DNA of 64,000 bases from Prorocentrum cordatum. Lineage: Eukaryota. Shown here piece after piece: positions 51,684 to 63,312 of this stretch. The position numbers were made by a program, and so were the translations under genes. The DNA is taken from NCBI GenBank assembly GCA_963575745.1, contig CAUYUJ010000002.1, forward strand, positions 2,108,001 through 2,172,000, written 5' to 3'. Below the pieces are notes generated by a model. That model searched no databases. It was not told where the DNA came from and saw only the letters and a list, made by a program, of their open reading frames with translations. Numbering within the stretch: the stretch's first letter is position 1; every line of letters starts with the position of its first letter.

Positions 51684-53491
51684 ATGGCCTCGCAGAGCGA
51701 TCGCGGCGAGGAGCAGTTCCGCGTCGCAGCTTTCGGCGCTTCAGAGATGCAGGAATGCGCCAGCTCTAGCTTTCGAAGGGGCGGTCGGGGGGGGCGTCGA
51801 GGGGCCCCCATCGAGGGCACCGCTCACGTGAGAGATCGGCAGCGCGCGGGCGGGGGTCGACGCGCGACCCTTGCAAGCGGCGCTCGGCCGTCGCGGTGGG
51901 GAGCTCGTCGGGGGCAGGCTTGGAGTCGAGTCGTCAGACGTTCGAGGGGTTCGGGCGAGTACATGTGGGTTCGTCGTGGCTTTGGCGGCGTCTCTGGGGG
52001 ATGGGGGGGGCCTTCGGCGGGGGCGGGCGGGCGCGCGGGAATCGCGCGCCCGCTTTCTAGAAGGTGCTTGGTGCTCAGTTGCGGGGGCCGATGCTGCGCG
52101 CCCGTCCCAGGGGGAGGGGTCGCTAGTAGCGACGGCGTCGGCCCGAACCCCAGGAGCTGGAGCTGAACGGGAAGATCCAGCTGTGCAACTCGTGGGACTA
52201 CGGTTTCTGCTGCATCCGCGGCCCCGCGTGGGATTGGGAAGGAATCGACCGTCCCGCTGGTCAAGTTTGCGGGCCTGATGACCACAGGTTCGGAAGCACG
52301 GCCGCGCCCAGCCGAGCTGTGATCAAGTCGTGGTTGTCCAGCGCCTTCTTCAATGAGCCGCGCGTTGGCGGGCGCGAAGATGGCGGCCTCCACATGGGCG
52401 GCTTCATGGTGGACCGCTCGATCGTGGCAAAGTTCTCCTTCGCGGGCGAGGATCGCCACTTCAAGGCTGACGACGAGGGGCTCTTCGACCTTCGCAAAGT
52501 CGTCACCATCGCGCACTTGACGCCGCTCGAGCGCCTGCTCCAGGTCATCCAGGTGAAGGACGCGACGGTGGAGCTCATCCAGGATTGGCTGCCGAAGCGG
52601 GCCGACGAGTTGGAGTGCGCCGTCGTCGACATGAACAACCAGCGGCGCTTGATCGAACAGGTGCGCTTCTGGGGGGAGAAGGCCGCCACGGACATCTTGA
52701 ACAGCCACGCAGCCGTCGTGCCCGTCATGAAGTCGCTCTGCGTGGACTGCATCGAGAAGGCCCCGCGGGTGCTCATTTGGCAGTGGGGGAGCGTCGGGGC
52801 GGGGTGGCACGAGCAGGGCTGATGGGGCCGACTGGGAAGCGGGAGGGGGCGGGAGGGTTAGGGCGAGGGCGGGGCGGCGATGAAAATGAGGATGCCGACG
52901 GTAGGGGATACGAGGATGAAGGTGCTGGGGGCGAGCAGGATGAAGATGAAGATGGCGTTGGCGAGGATGGCGAGGACGAGGGCGAACAAAATCATGGCGA
53001 GGTTGAGGGGCAGGATGGGGGTGGTAACGAGGACGGCGATGAGGATGATGACGGCGATGAGGATGATGGCGGCGAGGGCGGCGATGGCGGGGGCCAGGAT
53101 GAGGACGAGGAGGGTGGCAGCACTTCTTTCTCCTTGCGCATTTCCAGCCTCAGTGCCTTCAGCTTTCTCTGCCTCCCCCCCCCTCGTCCCCTTTCTCCTC
53201 GTCGCCCCCATCAGAGTCTCATCATTCCCATCTTTGTCTTCGTCCTAATGCCCATCCCCACCTTCGTGGCCGACGGCTCCTAGTCGGCGCCGCCTCGTCC
53301 ACCCTCCTCTTTCTTTGCCTTTTCCTCGCGCCCCCCCCTCCTCGCCCGCCCCCGCCCTCCTTCCCCTCGCCGTCCATCCCCCCGCTCTGCTTCCCCATTC
53401 CACTTCGCCGACCTCCCCCCCTGCCCATCGGGCCTCCGCGGAGGCGGCCAAGAAGCGCAAGGCCAACCCCACGGCGGCCTCGAGCCATTGA
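51684..53491 (+). CDS. Accessory gene C: unknown protein of about 240-244 aa, 3 exons, with a C-terminal KKRK NLS-like motif
   Basis: Exons: 51684-51752 (CAG|GA donor), 52154-52759 (CAG|G acceptor, AAG|GC donor; ELELNGKIQLCNSWDYGF...CVDCIEK), and 53432 or 53444 to 53491 (..AAKKRKANPTAASSH*). All junctions are phase 0. The last acceptor is ambiguous. Confidence 0.65.
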
Positions 53492-54497
53492 GGGGCGGAG
53501 CCCGCTCGCTCGGGCGCGGCGAGCAAGCGGGGAGAGGAGCGATGAGACGCGGCGGTGAGGAGGCGCGGGATGGCGAGGGCGGAGGTTCGGAGATGGTGAG
53601 GCGAAAGGTGAGGAGAGGAAGGCACGGGCGAAGCGGGGGTGAGGAGGGCCCGAGGAGGGGGCGGAGGGGGGGCGGAGCGAGGGGAGGGCGAGGTAGGGGA
53701 GGATCAGGAGGCGTGGGCATCAATGGATGAGAAGCGGCGGGCATGGGTTCCCGTCGTCGTCGCTTTCCTTGCCCTCGTCGCCTCGGCCGCGTTTCGCCTC
53801 CGTCGTATAGGTCACCGTTGTGCTTGTGTGTATGTCTCGGCCGTGGCCGTCGCCTCCGTCGTCATGGTGCGAGTGGCTGGTCGCCGCCGCGTGCTGTCGC
53901 GGGGCAAGCCCGCGCGTGCCTGCAATTCGCCCTCGCAGGTCTGGCCGCGCGCTGGACCCTGCCGCGCCTGGATGCGGCGCGAGGGCAGTGCGATTGATAA
54001 GGGGAAATCGCCCGCCGCGGAGCGGGCGTCGGCGACGGGGGCAGAGGCAGGGGGCCTGGCAGGGCCCGTTCGGGGGGGCGGCGGGAGAGGGGTGGGGGAG
54101 ACGGTGCAATGATAAGGGTGGTGAGGTGGACAAGTATAGGAACGGCCGCGCGAGAGATCCCCGACCGATGCGATCACGCCCGCGACCCGCTCGCGCCCGA
54201 CCGACGTAGTAGCTGCTGGAGTTATGCCCGCGACCGTGCCGCATGTGTTGCGGGTCGTGCGAGGTTTAGATCGCCGCCGATAGCAGCGATGAGACTTTGG
54301 TTTTCGGCGCCTGTTGTGCATTGGTTTACTCTCGAATGCATCGTCGTCACTACCCTTATTGACGTTTCACCGCCCTCCTTGGACTCGCACGGCTCTCGTC
54401 CGTGGGCGGCTGGAGAGACGGAGGGCGAGGTAGCGGGTGTCGTCATTCGCCCTGCATGCTGGCCTTCGGGCCCCCCAGTTCTCGCTAGGGGGGCGAA

Positions 54498-54524
54498 TTG
54501 GGGTGGGGGTGTGATAAATTCTCC
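54498..54524 (-). repeat. Right terminal inverted repeat
   Basis: Reverse complement is GGAGAATTTATCACACCCCCACCCCAA; followed immediately by TCA. Confidence 0.75.
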
Positions 54525-54589
54525 TCAATTGTTTTTTACGGTAAGAAACAGTTGGCTGCGGCGCATACCAACACGGCGGGCGGGGTTCC

Positions 54590-55480
54590 CCCACTTTGGA
54601 CGGCCGAGGCACAAGGTGAGGGCAAGACGAAGCTCGAGCGGATCACGGAGGAGAAGAAGCGGCTGGAGGGCGGTTTCTTCGACGGTGACAAGCCCGACTG
54701 GTTGCAGCATGAGCTCGCACAGCACGACAAGAAGATTGCAGCGGCGCGTGAGACCCGGGACAGGGCCAATCCGCTGTCCGCGCAGCTGCGCGACGCCAAC
54801 TGCCAGTCCGCGAAGGCCACCAATCAGAGGGTGGCGGCCGAGGCGGAGGTGCAGAAGGCGCGCGAGGTCCTGGCGAAGGCGGTGGAGCGGGATACGGCCG
54901 CCAGGCAGCAGGAGACGGAGGCCAGGTCCCATGAGCTGGAGATTCGGGCCAGGTTCACGCTTGAGAGGCCGAGCTCGCCTGTCACGGACACGGACGTCGC
55001 CCGCGCGGCGCTCGAGGGGCTGGCCGAGCAGGCTGGCACCTCCCTCGAGGCTCTCGGCCTTGCCGCGGGCCTCGCGCAGCTGGACGAGCGGGTGGCCGCG
55101 ACCACTCCTGCTGCCCCTGCTGCCGGCGTGCCAGCTGGGCCCATGGGGCGGCGGCCAGAGCCTCACGGCGCAGGAGTCACAGATGGAAGCACGGCAGTCG
55201 ACCAAGAAGCTAGGCCGACGACGTCGCGGAGGAAGAGAAGGCCCGGCTGCTGGGCGAGGCAGATGTGCCCGATAAGGACCAGCAGCCCGAGCAGCACACG
55301 CGGTACTTGGAGGTGCTGCAGATCCAGCGCGCCTACAATCTCAAGCGTCAGAAGTGTGGGCGATGGTCTGGTGCATTTGGTGCTGAGCGGGACGGCATTC
55401 GGCATGCCCTTCTCGCCGCTGCGGGCAGGGGTGGTGCAGTACCTACGCAGCCAGAACAATGTTCCTGCCTGGGCAGGTGA
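54590..55480 (+). pseudogene. LINE ORF1 remnant (coiled-coil protein)
   Basis: Heptad-like A/E/K/R-rich sequence (KLERITEEKKRLE...PLSAQLRDANCQSAKATNQRVAAEAEVQKAREVL) directly upstream of the endonuclease; frameshifted toward its 3' end. Confidence 0.6.
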
Positions 55481-55789
55481 AGACGGGGGCCCTGAGGGGT
55501 GGCGCTTGCGGCCTGAGGACGGCGACGCCGAGCAGCGCGGCTTGGCAGGTGCTGCGGGCCAAGACGCGGCGGGGGCGCCGGTTGCGGCCGCGCCCGCGGG
55601 CAGCTGGCGGGGCGCGACGGCGGCGCCAGCGGCCGCGCCTGGGCCCTCGCCTCAGGGTCGCCATGGATGAACAAGGCCCGGCGACGAGGAGGACGTCTTC
55701 GTGCTGCGCGGGCAGGACCTGCGAGGGCATGCCAAGGCGCTGACGCGCAGGCAGCAGCTTGGCCTTCTCTGTCCACCCGAGCGAAAGGT

Positions 55790-58700
55790 ACCTCGCAGGA
55801 AGCAGCTCACCATATGGAACCTCGATGGGTCGAGCTGGGGGACGATCGAGGAGACGCTGCCGGGGCCCAAAGGTGGCGATATGCGGCGAGTCTACGCTGT
55901 GCAGGAGCACCACCTACTGGTTGACAAGTGGGCAGGCGCCACCCTCAGCACGAAGGCGCAGGGGCATCAGCTGGGCTGAGTCTTCGCAGCGGCCACCGAT
56001 GGGCAGACGGGCGAGCCAGGTACGTCAGCGGGGGCGGTTATCGCCGCGCCCAAGGATGTCGGCGTGGCTTCCGTCGCGGGCCAGAAGACGTGGGATGTCT
56101 CGCCCAAGGGCAGCCCTGGACGTGCTGCTGTTGCCTGGCTGGACGTTGGACGCGGCGGTCGCGCCGCTGCGTCGGTCTACCCGTGGACGGCGGAGGGCAT
56201 GTCTTATCGGAATAAGCGTTTCCTGGAACACGTCACTGGTTACCTCGAGGGCATGGCTGCGCCGTGGGTCCTGCGTGGCGACTTCCAGAATGGCCCATCC
56301 AAGCTCGTGGAAGTGGATCCGCTCGCTCAAGCTCGCCAAGGCGGCGCCGGTGGTGCCATCCGCGTTGGGGGGCCGCGTGTCGGACGGCTTGGGCCAATAC
56401 TGCCATCGGCCACTTCAGTGTCTCGGAGGCGCCAGGCCGCGACGGCGGCGGCGCGGGAGGCGCGGCCGCTGGCGCCGCGCAAGCCCGCGGGGCTCACGCT
56501 GGATATTCGCCCGCGGGAGCTCTGGGCACGCATGCTCAGCAGGCCAAAGCCTTTGGACGATGTGCCGATTGGCTGTGCGCCAGAGCTGCCCAGCCACGCA
56601 CTGGCGGGCGAGTTCGCCGCGCAGGCAGCGGCCATGCAGGCGCGGGGCCAGTGCATGCGGGCATTGGAGCAGGAGGCTGTTGGTCTGCGCGGCATGGTCT
56701 GGAGCGCGCCCCACGCGCAAGAAGGACGCGCTGAGTTGCCACAGTGGAGGTTGGACGGGGTTGCCCGAGGGCGACCCAATCAGCCCAAGCCACAGTTGGC
56801 GGCCTGGTGGTGGAGATGGTTGGCGGGGGCCCACGGCAGGCTGCACCGGGGGTCGAAGTGCGCAGCGCCTTTGGTCCAGAGGCACAAGGAGGCGTTCGCA
56901 GTGGAGCAGAAGTTCGAAGCCCAGACAGCGAGCATGAGAGCCCTTGTCGAGGTGGATCGAAATGTTTGGGACGAGCGGCGCCAAGCGCTGCGACCAGGAC
57001 CTAGTCGAGGAGCGACATCAGAAGTGGGCGGACAAGCTGGAAGCAGCGGCCTCAGGTGCAGCTGGAGGGCTCCACAGATTGAGCAAGCCTGCGGAGATTT
57101 GGCGGCCGCTGCGCGCAGCAACAGCGCAGGCATCAGAAGACCCGCTACAGGCTGCTGGGGCAGCGCTTGGCGAATGGAAGCAGGCGTGGCGCGTGGGCGA
57201 CCCGATCCAGCAAGCGCCTCGGCCGCGGGAGCGCGAGACCCGCGTGGAGCTGGACGATTTCCAGGGGGCAGTCCCCGACAGGCAGAAGAAGGTGGCTAGG
57301 TCGTTCAAGAGGAAGACTGGGATTGGTGTGGATCGTTGGCACCCTTCTTCGTTGACGGGGGCTTCGGACTTGCCGCGCCGGGGCTTGCTGGACTACCTGA
57401 GGGGTGCGGGGCGTGCGCTGGCGTGGCCGAAGCACGCGGCCACGGCCATCTTCTTCCTGATCCCGAAGAGCGTAGAGGCCGACCGCGCTATAGGCTCGTT
57501 GCCCATTCTGGCCCGCGCATGGGAGATCACGCGAGAGCCGCACCTGGAGGCAAGGGCTAAGGCGAACCAGCGCTCGTGGGACTGCACGTCTCACGGCAGA
57601 GCAGCGGAAGACGCGGCCTGGGAGGTGTTGTTGGCCAGCGAGGCAGATGTTCCAGAGGGGGTGGGTCCCGCGGTTATGGCCACGATGATGGCCATCTTGG
57701 ATTTGGTCCAGGCTTCTGAGCGCGTCAGTTTGCGCGTTCTGTGGGAGCGGCGCATGCGCGTGAATTTCCGCACGGGGGTTTTGGCGGTGGTGTGCTCCTA
57801 TTTTGTTATGTCCAGGCGCATCGTGGCGGGTGAATCGGCGTCTACGGAAACGCCCGCGGTGGGCGCCATCATCGCGGGCAGTAAGTTCTGTCGGCTTCCT
57901 GAAGATGGTCATCCAAGACACGGTTGACACGTTGGTGGTGGAGTGCCCTTTGGCCACGTGGCACATGCACGTCGACGACATGTGCATCAAGCAGCGGGGC
58001 GCGCAGCAGTGGGTGGCGGACGTCTTCCCCAATGTCGTTGACGACTGCATGAACAGCTTTGCGGCCCTGGGCCTGGAGTTCCCGGCGGGCGCGCAGGGCA
58101 ACGGGGCGGTCACGGCCAGCGCCAGGTGGTTGCGCGTAGCACTCCGTGATGACACTGCTGGATGAAGAAGCACACCAACGGACTCTTGAACTTGCGTCGA
58201 GGTGGATGGGCTATGTCAAGAGGCGCAGGGGTGGTCTACAAGCGTGAGCTCAAGCGCTCGGTGTTGCACGGGTGCAAGTGCCTGGGCACGCCAGGCCATC
58301 AGGTCCAGCATCTGCGGCGCCCGGCGGGAAAGATGCTGCAAGATGCCGCCAGGCTCGCGGGGGGCAAGGAGCTTGACCTTCAAATTGGCCCCAGCACAAG
58401 AGGGGCCCACGATCGAGGTCACGGAGGTCCCCGCCCTGCGGTGGGCACGCGCGGCGTGGGAGACCGCGGTGGCGGACGAGCTGGAGCGCGCCTCTGCTCG
58501 CGACGCGACGGCGAGCTCGACGGCGCGGCATATGGGCCCCAGGCCAGTCTGAGCGGGGCCATGGGCCTCTGGGCGTCGCCGTGGCTCTTGGATCTACGCG
58601 GTGATGAGTTCCAAGGCATCGATGCCTGGCAAGAACGGCGGTTCCCTTCATTGCACAGCTTTGTCTCCGCCGACGCGGCAGCCCTTGCGAGAAGCCTTCC

Positions 58701-60980
58701 AGTGGCACTTTCGTGGACACTATGGTGTCCAGGATGAGCGCCAGCTTACTGCGCACCGGGTCGCGGCGGCGCTGAGCAGGAAGGCCCGGGCGCGCGCGGG
58801 ATGGCGAAGGCAGGCGCGGTCGAGCCAAATCGACGGCATTGCTGACGACGAACGCATCGACAGGATTAAGCACCATTGGCGCGAGCTCCGCGGCCTCCGC
58901 CGATGGCTCAGGTAACTGCTCGGGGACGTAGCGCCGCCGCCAGAGCAGGATGAAGAGCTCGGAGTGGGGCCTCAGGAGTTCGACTGGGCGCGCGGCGACG
59001 ACGGGGGCGCGGGCAGCTTCCTCCAGCGCATCGCGGCGCCCGGCAGCCAGCGCGGGCCCAGCGAGGTAGAGGCCAGCGGCCGACAGCGGGGCGGCAGCGA
59101 GAAGGAGGCGCTGCGGCGGCAGCTGCTGGATGCTTGGAGGAGGCAGCTGATGGCGGCGGGCACGCCTCATGGGAGCCTCGTGAAGGGCGCAGCGGGAGCG
59201 TTCATCATGTCGTTGGGAAGAGCGGAGTTGTCGCGGCCAAGCTGGAGCACCTTTCTCACGCGTGAATAAAAAAAGGGAGGCTCGCATGACCCAAGTTTGT
59301 CCCGCGGACGTGGCCGCCCTGCTGCGGGCCGATGTGCAAGCGGTGCTGCGGCGGAGTTGGACAGACCAGGATGAGCACCGCTCGCCCGCACCAGCACCTT
59401 CGCTGCAGCCAGTGCCTGCGCAGCTGGCGGCGAGGGGCTTCCCAAAGCATGCCAGGAACGCGGAGCGCAAAGTGGCGCTGTGCGACTCGTGGACGATGAG
59501 CAAGCCCTCGGAGTTCAATGCGACGCCCACGGACATCTGCTTGGGCTGTGGCGAGGCGGCGGGCGCGCCACACCACAGGCATTACAAGTGCCCCCGCCTT
59601 CGAGAGGCTCGACGTCGAGGGCAGCCTGAGTGGCAGCAAATCGCGGAGCAGCAGGGGGGCAACACGTTGCGGACGCGGGGCTTGGTCAGTGATCCCTCGG
59701 CGGACTGGCAATTCCAAGCGGTGGGAGAGGGCCAATACCATTACGAGGTGATCGAGGCCGACGACGACGTTTTGATTGGCGACATAGTCTGCGACGGGCC
59801 CGAGCTCGGCTCCACGGTCTGGGCGCAGGCGGGATGGGCCGCCATGGCAGTGCGGCAGGAGGGTAGGCCAAAGGTGCAGTTGTAGGGGCCGCTCCCGTGC
59901 CAGTTCCAGGTTCAGAAGTCAGTGAATCGTGTGGAGCTGTGGGATTTCCTCAAAGTGCTGGAGGTGGTGCCCCCTCCGTGCAGGATCTGCACGGACCACA
60001 GGGGCATCCTGGACGGGCTGGTGTGCGGGGCCAAGCGGCGCTTCCACTGGAAGCGGCCGCATGCCGACCTGTGGCGGCGTATATGGCACAAGCTGGCGGA
60101 AATCGGCCTGGAGCACGATGAGGTACAGCATGTGAAGGCGTATCGCACTAAGCAGGCGATGGGGCAGCTCGAGGAGCAGGAGGAGTTGATAGCGAAGGGC
60201 AATGAGGCCGTGGACCTGCTGGCTAAGCGTGGGGCTGACGAGGACGACGTTTTCGGCGAGCAGGAGGCGCTCTCGTCGCTGGGCGAGAACGCGCGGTGGG
60301 CGATCCAGAATGTGGGCTGGCGGCACCAGGAGATGAAAGGTGAATGGCCAGGCGCCCCACCGCGGCCGCCTGGAGCACGGCGCAGGCAGCTGCCCAAGCC
60401 GCAGACCCCCCTGATTGCGCGCACGCGCGCGGCGAGGCCAGCGGGCGGCCACGGTGCGCATGCGCAAGAAGCTATGGGAAGCAGCGCGCCGCCCGCCGCC
60501 GCGGCGCGTGGATGGGCCGACGGCACCAGGTGCGCGCAGGCGGGTTCACTTGAGGTTCGAGCGAGCCAGGCGCGGAGAGCTGCGCAGTAGGACAACGTCG
60601 CCAGGACGGCGGCCACGCGCTGCGCGCCTTCGGCTGGGGCAGCGGCAGCAGCGGCAGTGGCGGCCCCAGCGTGGAGAGCGGCAGCAGGGGGAGGTCCCGC
60701 TCACCAAGGGCCAGGGACAGCGGCGCTGAGGAGGCGCCGAGGCTGGCAGCACCACCGCCAAGGCTGCCTGACGAGGGGAGGCAGCACGTCGCGCAGGTGC
60801 GCGGGCCGTCTGCGGTCTGTCGCGCCGCATGCCGCGCAGAGGCGCGCGGGTTAAGCTAGGCGCGCGCTGGCCCCCTGCCGACATGGAAGGCAGGACCTGG
60901 AGCTAATGCGAGGGGGAAGCGGCGAGATCGGCTCCTTCGAGGACTGCGCCCGCAGACGGGCAAGCCGCTTCCCGCTGTGC
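55790..60980 (+). pseudogene. LINE ORF2 pseudogene: AP endonuclease, reverse transcriptase, CCHC-like finger, RNase H
   Basis: APE: TIWNLDG, AVQEHH, WVLRGDFQ. RT: GIGVDRW, LIPK..DRAIG, ILDLVQASERV, IIAGS, HVDD (about 57968). Finger: CLGC..HRHYKC (about 59540). RNase H: CDG, NRVEL, ICTDH, HADLW, HVKAY, GNEAVDLLAKRGA. Multiple stops and frameshifts. Confidence 0.88.
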
Positions 60981-61139
60981 TGGGGCAGCGAGGAGGCGGG
61001 GCGCGTCGCCGAGGCCGCGGAGAGAGTGGCCCGCGCGCGGGTGTTCTATTTGTAGAACGGCGTGGGCCGTCCTCCGCAGGACCGACGCGGCGCGGGGGGC
61101 CTCTGCCGGGGCCCAGCGAGGCCTCTGAGGGAACAGAAA

Positions 61140-61730
61140 AAATCCTCTTGGGTGTCTCCTCGGGGCTTCTTGGAAGCAATAGTTTAGGTATAGTGGGGGT
61201 ATCCTTGGGGCCTCTTGGGGGCCTCTTGGAGGCCTCTTTGTGGGCTTCTTGGGGCCTCTGGGATCCTTTTTGGGGACTCTTGGGACTCACGGTGTGGAAA
61301 GGTGGGCTCCCTCTTGGGCCTCTCTTGGGACCGTCTTGGGGCTTTTTTGGGCCGTCTAGGACGCCTCTTGGAGCGTCTCGGGGCCCACTCCGGCCGTCTC
61401 GGGGCCGTCTTGGGGGCCTCTTGGGCCGTCATGGGGGCTTCCAGGGCCGTCGCGGGGCGATCTTGGGAATCTCGGTCCGTCTCGGAGCGGCGGAAATCCG
61501 AAAAGGCGAGAAGTCCCAACACTTTCAACAACGTTAGGGACACCGTTGATTTTTGATTCGTGGGGTCCTCTTGGGAGGCCTCTTGGAGGCCTCCCGGGCC
61601 GTCTTGGAAGCAGCTTGGGCCGCCTTGGAGCCATCGCGGAGCGTCTTGGGCCATATTGGTCCGTCTTGGCCTTCGGGGCTCTCGTCGGAGCCTCGTCGGG
61701 CAATCTTGGAGGCCTCTCGGGCCGACCGCG
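61140..61730. repeat. Degenerate satellite-like array of about 11-bp units (CTCTTGGGGCC / GCCGTCTTGG)
   Basis: Many recurrent tcttggg(g/a)gcc units. Confidence 0.8.
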
Positions 61731-62454
61731 CGGTGGCGTCACCATGAGAATTCTGGGGTGGCCCGGATCAGCCTCGATTTGAGGTTCGCCCCCCTTGTTG
61801 GCCGTTTGGTGATGCGGCGTGGCCCCTTAGCAGACAGTAAGCAGGAGGCAGGAAACAGGACGGGAGAGACAAAATCCCAAACAAATGACAACTTATAACA
61901 CGTGAGACTTGCGCCCCACGGGGGGGGCCCTGGATTAATCTGAGTCTTATTCGTGTCAGTATTGTTGCTATTATTTCTTATTCGAACACGTCCCTTGCCC
62001 CCCCGCTTTGGACCACGCATGTGCCTCCGGCTAGGTTTTGAGAACCGAGGACGACTTTCGCCGGCCGACGCTGAGCCGAAAAGGCGATATCCATGGGAGC
62101 GCACCATCGGACGCCAGGGTCTCCAGGATCTCCGGAAGCTCCAAGGGCATCCAGAGGTACGCAGGAGCCCCAATATACCCCCCGCCCAAATGAAAACATC
62201 CTCGACCATCCTCGATCCTAGATCCATCATCCTCCCCCTCCTCGTCCGCCTTGTGGGGGAAGCAGCTGAGGGGTGGGGGGGGGGACATACACTTCGAATC
62301 GGCGATGCATTTCCGATTGATCGGCGATAGGCCCCCGATAGCGAACCGCACGTTCCTGGGCGGGGTGAGCTATCAAACATCTATCGGCGATGAGTGGGCG
62401 ATAGGGGGTCAGCGCACCCTCTTCTGGGCCAATTCACCCCCAACGTTGCCCCTG

Positions 62455-63312
62455 AACCTCTCCCCCTCCCCCTTGTCCCTCCCCATCCTCCTCCTCCTCG
62501 TCCACCTCCTCCTCGTCCTGATGCTGTTGCTGCTGCTGTTCCTCCTCCTCCTCCTCCTTTTCCTCCTCCTCCTCTTCCTCCTCCGCCTGCTGCTACTGCT
62601 GTTCTTTCTGCTCTTCCTCCTCTTCCTCCTCCTTCTCCTCCNNNNNNNNNNNNNNNNNNNNNNNNNNNNNNNNNNNNNNNNNNNNNNNNNNNNNNNNNNN
62701 NNNNNNNNNNNNNNNNNNNNNNNNNNNNNNNNNNNNNNNNNCCTCCTCCTCCGCTTCCCCCTTCTCTATCATCCTCCTCCTCCGCTTCCTCCTCCTCATC
62801 CTCATCCTCATCCTTCTCCTCCGCTTTCTCTTCCCCCTCTAGCCTCGATCCTCCCGGGTCGACGGGCCTCCCGCGGCGCCCTACCAGCAGTGGCGGTTCG
62901 GCCCCTCTAGGCGGGCTGCGCCCAGACACGCTACGAGGCGTCGGTGCTGTGGCGCGGCGTGGAGGCGCAGCGTCGTCGCCGGCGTCGTGGGCCTCGGCCG
63001 CCTCGTCGCCGTCCGTCGTTGTCGTCGCCGTTGTCGCCCTTGTCCTCTTCCGCCTCCTCCCCCTCCTCCTCTGCCTACTCCTCCTCCTGCTCCTCCTCCT
63101 ACTCCTCAGCCTCCTCCTCCTCCGCCTCCTCCTCCTCTTCCTCCTCCTCGTCCTCCTCCCCCTCCTCCTCATCATCTTCCTCTTTATCCCCCTCCTCCTC
63201 CTCCTCCTTCTTCCTCCTCCTCCTCCTGCTCCTGCTCCTCTCCTCCTCCTCCCTCCTCCTCCTTCCTCCTCCTCCTCCTCCTTGTCCTCCTCCTCCGCCT
63301 CCTCCTCCTTCC
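62455..63312. repeat. (CCT)n polypyrimidine microsatellite region spanning a 100-N gap (62642-62741)
   Basis: Directly visible CCT/CTT repeats on both sides of the gap. Confidence 0.9.

Larger units (their letters stand above)
20694..54524 (+). mobile_element. Giant (33,831 bp) three-gene TIR DNA transposon encoding a DxxH-type DDE transposase
   Basis: Imperfect TIRs (21/27 identical), TCA on both flanks (20691-20693 and 54525-54527), and an inverted subterminal 10-mer. It encloses three co-oriented spliced genes, one with DDE-like motifs. The flanks (aquaporin exon, LINE) are unrelated to it. Confidence 0.75.
54540..61050 (+). mobile_element. Decayed non-LTR retrotransposon (LINE-like): coiled-coil ORF1 remnant plus ORF2 with APE, RT, Zn knuckle and RNase H; ends approximate
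   Basis: Domain order is readable across frameshifts and stops (see the two pseudogene entries). Confidence 0.85.

Noticed and set aside
61140..61730. Possible CRISPR-like array (also 13180-13630)
   Set aside because: Units are about 11 bp, degenerate and contiguous. There are no unique spacers and no cas genes, and the context is eukaryotic.
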